A stretch of DNA of 64,000 bases from an uncultured Christensenellaceae bacterium (lineage in GTDB: Bacteria > Bacillota > Clostridia > Christensenellales > CAG-1252), in NCBI GenBank assembly GCA_964391805.1, contig CAYMNK010000005.1:30701-94700 (forward strand), written 5' to 3'. Of the stretch, positions 43,401 to 52,400 are shown in pieces. Made by a program: the position numbers and the translations under genes. The notes beneath the pieces are model-generated. The model was not told the origin of the DNA and made no database searches. It saw only the letters and a program-made list of their open reading frames with translations. Every line of letters starts with the position of its first letter. Position 1 is the stretch's first letter.

Positions 43401-46400
43401 CCGATAGGTATTCGATATCTTCGATAAAAGCATAAGATGTTGCGTCGGTTACGAGTTTGCTGACAAATCCGCCAAGTTTAATGATAGGTTTGCCTAATTC
43501 AACCGATAAAACCGTTTTATTGCTTGAATTATCGATTGCGGTTATACCGATATCGATTAGTTCATCGCTCTCATTGTCAAGCGTGAAACTCATATCTAAT
43601 TCAACGTCGGCATCAAGTAATGAATATCCGAGTTTTTCAAGCAAAAGGTCAATAAACGCAACGCTTCCCCTCAATACCAATTCTTTAGAATGAACAAGTA
43701 TTTCGAATGCGCTACTATAGTCAAGACCGCTCTCGCTCGCTAACGATACCTCGCTACTACCGAAAATAAGTTTTAATAACTCTTCAACCTCGAGTTTCAT
43801 TGCTACTTGAGGTAAACCGAGATTGGATAAATCAAGATAAATATAACTGTTTTGATAATACAGTTCGGCTACCGCTACGCTACCCGACGATGTGGTTTGT
43901 TTTAGTTCGAAATAAATATATAGATCGTCAACTAACGCAAAGATAACTTCTTGGATGCTACCGCCGTCAACGAGTTGACTAAGTTTATCCGAACCCATTC
44001 CAACATTAACTTCGAAATTGAAATCAAGTTTTTGTTCACCTTCACCAAATACTATCTCGGTATCCGCACCCTGAATCTCATTCAAGATATTATCAAATGA
44101 ACTATTTCCGCCGTTGGATTGAAGCAAGTTTCCTATATTAATCTTACTGCCGTCGGAAGACAAGCCGATAGATCCCGACAAGGACATATATAATGCCTTT
44201 GCTTCGGTAATCGTGGTGTACTGTCCTAACGGCGTTTCGTATATCAAATCTTGGTCGAATGAAACTTCCGGCTCGTACACGATTAAATCAAGGTATTCGT
44301 CCTTAACCTCGAAGGCATCGAGCATTGCAATCACCTGTGCTTTTTGTGCATTATCGATACAAATAAATTCGTCCGACTTCACAATCGAGGCAATCACTTT
44401 AAACTCATCGTTACTGTTACGGTCGGGATCAAACGCAATAAGCTTATCGATTATTTCGTTTTTGAGTATGGAACAAGATTCATCGACCTCTAACGCATTT
44501 GCTCCCTCGATAATCTTGGCAAGTGCATTCTTATTGCCGTCATTCATTAGCAATTCAAGTCTTGCTTCTAATAGATTGGAACGAACGGTGTCGTTTTCGC
44601 TTTCTTTCTTGAATACAGTAGTATCCTCGATTCCGTGGATAAAGTTGTTGATCTTAATGTAACTTCTATCGCAGTTGAGTTTAGAAAAATCGATATCGAG
44701 TCCGACAAGTTTACAGATTAGACTCAATAGATCTTCGGCAAAGTCGATTTGAACATTGTCTTCGGTAATTCTAAGCCCTGTAAATAAACTGAGTATATTT
44801 TCGAAGGTAATGTCTTCTTCCGATGCTCTACTTGTTTCGGGAGAAAGTGTCATACTTCCGCCTATTGCATCGTTAATGACAGTACGCCAAGGTGCCTCGT
44901 CTATCTTTAACAATAAATCAAAGTACGGTATGTTGATGTACAATGCACCATTTTCGCCCTCGGAACCTATGTAACTCAAAGCGAGTTTGAGATCTTCAAC
45001 CATTACCTCGTTAGCCGAAATGGTTGAAAGTTTGTAAATTTGTATAACTATCTCCGAACCGCCTAAGTCAATAGGTGTATTCGAATATTGGTCAAAACGA
45101 AGGTTGATTTGTAAATCAAGCAAATAATGTGCGTCAACATCGTCTTCGAGCCATAATCCTATCGGTAATTCTGAGATATCGAAGGGCAATGTTCCCGACG
45201 GAATATACTTGTCGAGAGTTTCGCCGATTAGATCGGTTATAGCAATGAAAACGTCTTCCTTTGCTTGAGCATTAAACTCGATTGCCGTTTTAACGGTAAG
45301 GAATTCTACATTTTCTTTATAAGTCTTAGGAGAGGTTACCTCGTATTTACTTGCATCGAGTTTTAAATTACCTATGCTTATCGTCAAATCGGTAGTGTCG
45401 TTAACCTTTACCGATGCTTCGATTCTATCGTCGACATAGCCTAACGACAGTTTACCGCCCTCGGTATTGAATGCAAAGTAGTTGCCGTACCATTCTGTCG
45501 ATGTATTATCCTCGACTAAGACCTTATTGCTTGCACCAGACAAGGTAATCGATGTAATATCCAATCCGTCTAATTCAATAGCGTCTATGCTCACTTTGGT
45601 AACCGATTTAGTCATTACAAAGGATGTTTCATTTCCGTCCGAATATAAGACATTAATATTGTAAGCACCGACTGATAACGCTTTAACTACATTACTCGAT
45701 ACATTAAATGCTATCGTATTTCTGTTTCTGTCTATTACGAAGTATTCGTTTATTGCTCTCGTTGTAGTCAATTCGGCAATCAATGCAGAACTTCTATAAA
45801 TCGCAATTCTATCTATGCTCTTATAACCGATATTGAGAACGTATTCGACATAATCGTTTTGCTTTTCGAAAGAGAACGAAGTATTGACTATTTCAAATGC
45901 GCTTTCGGTAGAACCGCCGTCTTGATAGTAAACTACAAAACGGTGTACGCCTACACTCAATGCTTTAACCGATGCGGATGCTTTATTAACAGATAGTTTT
46001 TGACCGTCAATGTGGAAGTAATCCTCTATATCGGATAATTCTTTACCGTCTAATTCGATTTTTGCTATCTTTTCCGATTTGAGTGATAACGTATATTTTT
46101 TTGAGTTCACACCGCTACTTACCGAGAAGTCGTTGCCGTAACGAATACCGTCTACCGTTGCTAAATAATCTCCGTCAGCTAACTTGTCGGTGTAATCGTT
46201 GTTTTTAAGCGTTACGCCCTTAATCAATGCGGGCAAATACTTATCATATCCAAAGAAAGATAATACCGCTTGAAGTATTTCACCGGTAACCGATATCTTA
46301 AAGTCGTCGTCTAAAAGCAATACCGAAATACTGCCTTTAAGGGTGTCGAGCAAGCCCAACATGGAATCGTCTTTTCCGTATGTATCGCCGTCCTCGGCAA

Positions 46401-49400
46401 AACTTAGGTTATTGATATCGAATACTCCGCCTATCAAAGTACCGAGATCGACATCTACCATAAAGGGTTCGAGTCCTAAGAAGGTAAGTTCAATACCTAA
46501 AATACCGCTATTGCCCGAGCGTGTATAGTACAAGCTCAATACCGTTTCGCCGTTATCGTAATCAAACAACTCGATAAAGAAGGTCAAACCGTAAAGCGTT
46601 TCGGCACCTTCTGCAAGGTTGAATGCAGCATCAACGCTCAATACATATTTGCCTTTGAGCATATCGGCTATATCGATAGAGAAAGTAGTATCTACGAACT
46701 CTTGAAGTATTGCGCTAAAATCAAAAGCGTTAGTATCGTTAGGATCGTTGGTTGCGCCTATGCTAAAATCGATAATCGCATCAAAAGATGCGTGTCCATG
46801 CATAGCATCCGCTGAAACGTATTCGCCAAGTTGACCGAAGAAGGTCAGTTTGTCGTAATCTCCGCTTCCTTGTGACGGATAAATTACTTCCAAGTCTTGT
46901 CTGAATTGTAGCGACAAATCACCCAACGCAACGTCAAGGAAGAAATCGGCATTATCGGCTAACTCGATATGTACACCTAAACCGTTTTCTATATCTGTCC
47001 CGACTGTGGTCGAACCGTATGCGGTTTCCATACTTAAGTCGTTCAAAACGCCAATGCTGACCATGCTGACGATTTCGGGTAAAGTTAACTCAATACCTGC
47101 CATTACGCATACTCTCGATAGTATTTGTGAACTGAGAGAAAGTACTGCGCCTTCAGGAGATAACTTGAGGGTGTCGAAAAGTTTGATTATACTTATGTAA
47201 TCGGTTGCTTCCTGTACTGCCGATTTCGAGTCATTCGACTTGATTATCGACATCAAAAGTTCGCTTAAATCAAAAGCATCTCTTACCGCAATCTTCAAAT
47301 TGATAGAAGGTATGTTGACATATATTACGTCGTTTATGTTGCTTTCATAGTATATGCCTATCACCGGCTCGCCGTCGGCATAGTTAGCCGTGTTGTTCTT
47401 ATCGCGAACAACAAGCATTACTTCGAGAGTCATGCCGTTAATTATCTTTTGTACCGCTTGTGCCAAAAGTTCGGAATCGCCTATCATAGCAAGCTTTAAT
47501 TCGGATAAATCTAAGCCCGCTATTGCAATCTCGGCGTCCACTCCGTAATAAATTTCTCCGTTAGAATCGGATGTTAGTAACACCCTGAGCAAGTCGTTAT
47601 AACTTGCTATTTCTTTTGCGGTCAATTCACCGTCTACAAAGGTGTCGCCTTTACCCGCTTTTACGGTCATAGAGAAAGCAAAATAGGTTTGCTCTAAATC
47701 TTTCAATAGAATCGCACTATTCTTGAGATCGGCAATTTTACTGCCATATTCGGGACGAGATTCCAATGTTTCGCCGTCATTGGGGAAGAAGATACCGTAA
47801 TCGTTAAGTTCTACCGATAATACGCTTTCACCACCCAAGGCAATCGCCACGCCTGTTCTATCGGCATTAATATAAACGGACGCACCTTCAAACAAAGCGT
47901 TGATATCGCTCCAAACTCCGCCTACTTCTAATGCATCGAGTATAACGCCTATAGCTCCGCCCGTAACTTCAATAAGTATTCCGTTATCGATTTCGGCTTG
48001 GATTATGTTATCCATAGGCTCGCTTGCCATTACGGTCGAAGGCTTGAGCATATCGCCGATAAGGTCGCTAATATAATCGGCAATGCCTAAATCGTCTACT
48101 CTAATCGCATTACCGCTTCCGCTTCCCAATTCAAGGTATATTGCCTCTATGGGTTTATTTTCGACAGAATATCTATCGAGTGAGTCATAATACAAAGATA
48201 ACAGTCTATTATTCTCGGCATAGTCCATAACTCCGTTAGTGGATGCATATAGACTTAACCAAAGTTCGATACCTATATCTTCGAGCGAATTAAATCTAAT
48301 ATTGAGTGCCAACTCGATACCTATATCGAGATGCACCTTACCTGTCGATGAATTGACTTCGATATTGAGCGAGGATCCGGGAATGTTGTCCGATATAACT
48401 TTATTGACAATGTCGGCATATTCCTTGTCTAATACAAGAGATAACTCGACATTGCTGTTTATACCTACGTTTAGTGTATCCCAAGATATATATTTACTTT
48501 CATCGGCAACAAACTTTTCGGGACGAGAGAATGCAACAGCTAAACCGTTCAAACCCAAGTCTAAGGCAAAAACTTTATCGTTACCGTCTAAAATACCTAC
48601 CCCTATTCCTACATTTATTCCGCTTTCCGCCGAAATACCTAACGAAACATTGGCGTTTACATCGGGCAAAACTACATTTTGAAGAACCTCGATAGACAAT
48701 AACGAGGTTAAAACTCCCAATAGGTTGGACGTGCTAATTACCTTAAGATATCCGTCCGCTCCGTTGATTTCGACACTATCGATAATTCCGTTGATAATAT
48801 CATAAACATCGTTTGAATCGCTTGCTTCGGATACCTTGGCACCGCTAAGGAAGGATAATGCTTTGATAATAGAATCACCGATGTTACCTTGTATCTGCTC
48901 TCTTATGTAGGGAATTTCCACATAGAAATCCTTAACTGCCATTGACGGCAACGATACATAGATGCGATCGGTGTTACTGTCGTAGAACACATCGAGTACA
49001 ATGCCATTTCCGTCTGAAAGGGTGATATCGAGCGCTATCTCCGATAAATCGTAAATATTTGCAAAAAGTTCGATATTGAGAACAAATCTCGTATCGATAT
49101 CATAATCGAAGTAAATCGCTAATTGACTGAATAGCGTTTTTATAGTATCTTCTACTTCGACATTTTCCAATATTTGAGAAACAACAGGAGATAAATTAAC
49201 ACCGTTACCGTCGGACGAATCGACAGTTCCGTTAATATCAAATCCGATCGATAACGCAAAGTATATTTCTTTCATAGAAAGTGCGCCCGTTTCATCGGAA
49301 ATCGCTACATATTCGCTTTCGGAAACTTCGGCAAAGGCTATCTTCTCGATATCGCTATATGCTGTCTTTGCAAGCAATCCGCCGATAGATAACTTGACGC

Positions 49401-52400
49401 TTGCTCCCGCAATACCTAAGTCAAGGGCTATTCCGCCCTCTGTGGTAATGCCCAACGATACGGCATCAAAATATTTATCGATGTCGATACCCGATAAATC
49501 TACGCCGAATTGTTCGAGAATAGACATCAACATTGCTCCCGTTAAAGTAACCGCAATACCGTCTTGATTAAACTTGAGCGCAACGAGTTTATCATAAGGA
49601 GTCGACTCGCTTGCACTACTCGTCGATGCCTCACGCGTCATCGAATCGGCTATAAGCGAATAAATATCCAAACCGCGATACTTAACTTCTCCTATACCGA
49701 ATAAGGGAGCGGTCGCATACACGGTATCGCTAATTCCGTTATAGAATACAGAAAGTGCTACATCGCCTCTAACCGAATTTTCGTCTAAGGTGTAGACTTT
49801 CAGTAATAATTGCATATCTTTGAGCAATTCCATAGTTTTATCGCTATCCGAAAAATCAAGATAGGATAAATCTAAATTGGCGAATATATCATATGCAAGT
49901 GCTATATGTAAATCGCCCTCGGTAACCGCCATACCAAAGGTAAGTTCGGGTAATACATCCTTGATAAGGTTTTCGATGGTAGAACCTTGGGTTCCGCTTG
50001 CGAATTTATCGATGTCGAGCCCTATCGTACCCGATAAGGCAAATGACATCTCTTGCAAATTATCAAAATCCAATATATCATAAGATAGAACGTCTTCGGG
50101 GATAAGTGCCTCATTCTTGATGAAGGCAAGCGCAATATTTTGCAATCCTAACGTAACATAACTCAGCCCTTCCGTCGTGTCGGGATCGGAATTGTTATCT
50201 TTAATAAATAACGTCAAGCCTAATCCTAAACCGTCTTTAATACTCAAATCGATACTCGGAATAATGCCGTCAAGCGCTACTCCTGTATAGAAATCGTCAA
50301 TATCGAGTACGGCTACGCCAACAATGTTCAAAATACGCTTTAGAGTATTAGATGCAAGCGTTATTGCTAAGCCTTTATTTCCAACGGATACGGAATTTAG
50401 AATGCCGAGGTTCTGAAGTATCAAATCTGTCACACTTACATCACCGTTTTCGGTAGCTAAAGAGGTAGTTCCGTTACAACTGCATTCGCATGTGTCGGGA
50501 CAACCGACAGCATCGCCTACTAAGCAGGCTCCTCTCGAAATACACGCATCGCAATCGCATCCGCATACCAAAGATCCGACTTTAATTTTAAAACTGTCGA
50601 TATCATAGCCAGATACTTCACTTCCGTTAACCTTACCGTGTGTGGCATCGACGTAAAGATAGATGCCGTCAAAGTAAAGTGTCAATAGCGTTTCGCCCTC
50701 GTTTATCAACTCTATCTTAGCATCCATTCCGCTCATGATTTTGGCGAAATCGGTTCCGTTCGATAGCGAAATATTCGCCGATAATTTGATTAGAATATCG
50801 CCTTTAACATTACTGCCGTTCAAGCCGTCAATGCTTATATTCAAGAATAAATCATTGAGTAGAGTCGCATATTCGCCTAAATCGAAATGGTCGGCTATGG
50901 TCAAAAAATCGCTTACATCGTATGTATTACTCTTAAGATCGTAACGGACGTACAGTTCGGTAGATAATGAAATATCCTCGATTGCCGTAATGTCCTTGTA
51001 CTCCGCATAGTTAATTTTCGGAAAATCGGTATATTTGGCATCGATATTAATATCATAAATATTAACACCTAACTTAAGGTTACCTTGATGAGAATCGGTG
51101 GTGGCTAAGAATAAATCAAGCCCAATTTCCAATCCGTTCTCGGTGGAAATATGTAGATTGCTTTCGGAATCGAGTTCTATCATATCACGAATATCGGCGC
51201 CCATAACTACCGACAAGATAGCATCCAATACATCGCTTGATAGATATATTGCAAGTTGTTCGTTAATAGCAACTTTATTGACGATGCTACCTATCAAATT
51301 AAGTATTTGTGCTGTATCGAGGTCGGATGCCTCAGCAGTATTCTCAAAGGTCAATAGAGCATCGGAAGCCATTGCGCTTGCCGACTTGTTTAACGACTTA
51401 TTGATCATCGATACAAGATCGAGATCGTATTTGATTTTAGGCGCATCGAGTCCTTCGATACCCAAATTATCGAGGTTAATAAAGATTGCGGAAGCATTAT
51501 CGGCGTAATCGTCATAATAAACACTCAAAAGTTCGCTTCCGTCGTTTTTAGCAACGATCTTTAAGGCAAGTTCGAGTTCGCTGATACTAACCGATAATTC
51601 TTCACCTTTAATCAAATCTGCTAAAGAGAAGCCCTCAAAACCTACGTTTCCTGTAAGAAGTAAGGTAATACCGCCTTTAATTCTATTCTCGAACTTGAGT
51701 ACGCATGCCAATTCCGCCAAGTAATCGCGGAGAGACCCGATAGCATCGTTTATGTCGATACTGACACCACCGTCACTATAATCGATGTCGCCCGAATCAA
51801 AATCAATGTCTATACTCAAATTCAACGACATTTCATTCATTTCGTTGAGATCGATAAGGTCGTCTGTAATCTCAACATCTATAAATTTAGGTTCGAATCC
51901 TAAGCCTACAAGAGGAAGTTCAAGCGAAACTACGGTATCTTCTGCAAGATAAATATCAATATCGCACGAAATACCGAAAACGTCGGGCTCGGTGATAAGA
52001 CCTAATTCCAAGTCAATTGATCGAAAAGCTATAGAATCGTCCGAATATGCCTTATCGCTCATAGCATCGGCTATCGCCTTAACTACGGCGCCGTCATCAC
52101 CCATAAAGCCTGCAACTGTTTCAAGAATATTGATAAGAGAAGTTCTGTCAAGAGTCAACGATAAACTTTGAGTTTCACCGTCAAGTTCAAGAGCACGCAA
52201 TACCTCGACCACAAGGGGAATAATATTATTTTTTATCAAGCCCAAAACATCGGTTTCACCCGCAAAAGCAAGATTGAAGGAATTACTCATGAAGTAATTA
52301 CGAATGGCTTGTTCGCGGTTTTCTCCACCGTATAAACGAATAAGTGCCGATTCGACCTCGCTTGCAGATGCGGACGACGAAAGCATCGCCGTCAAAGATT

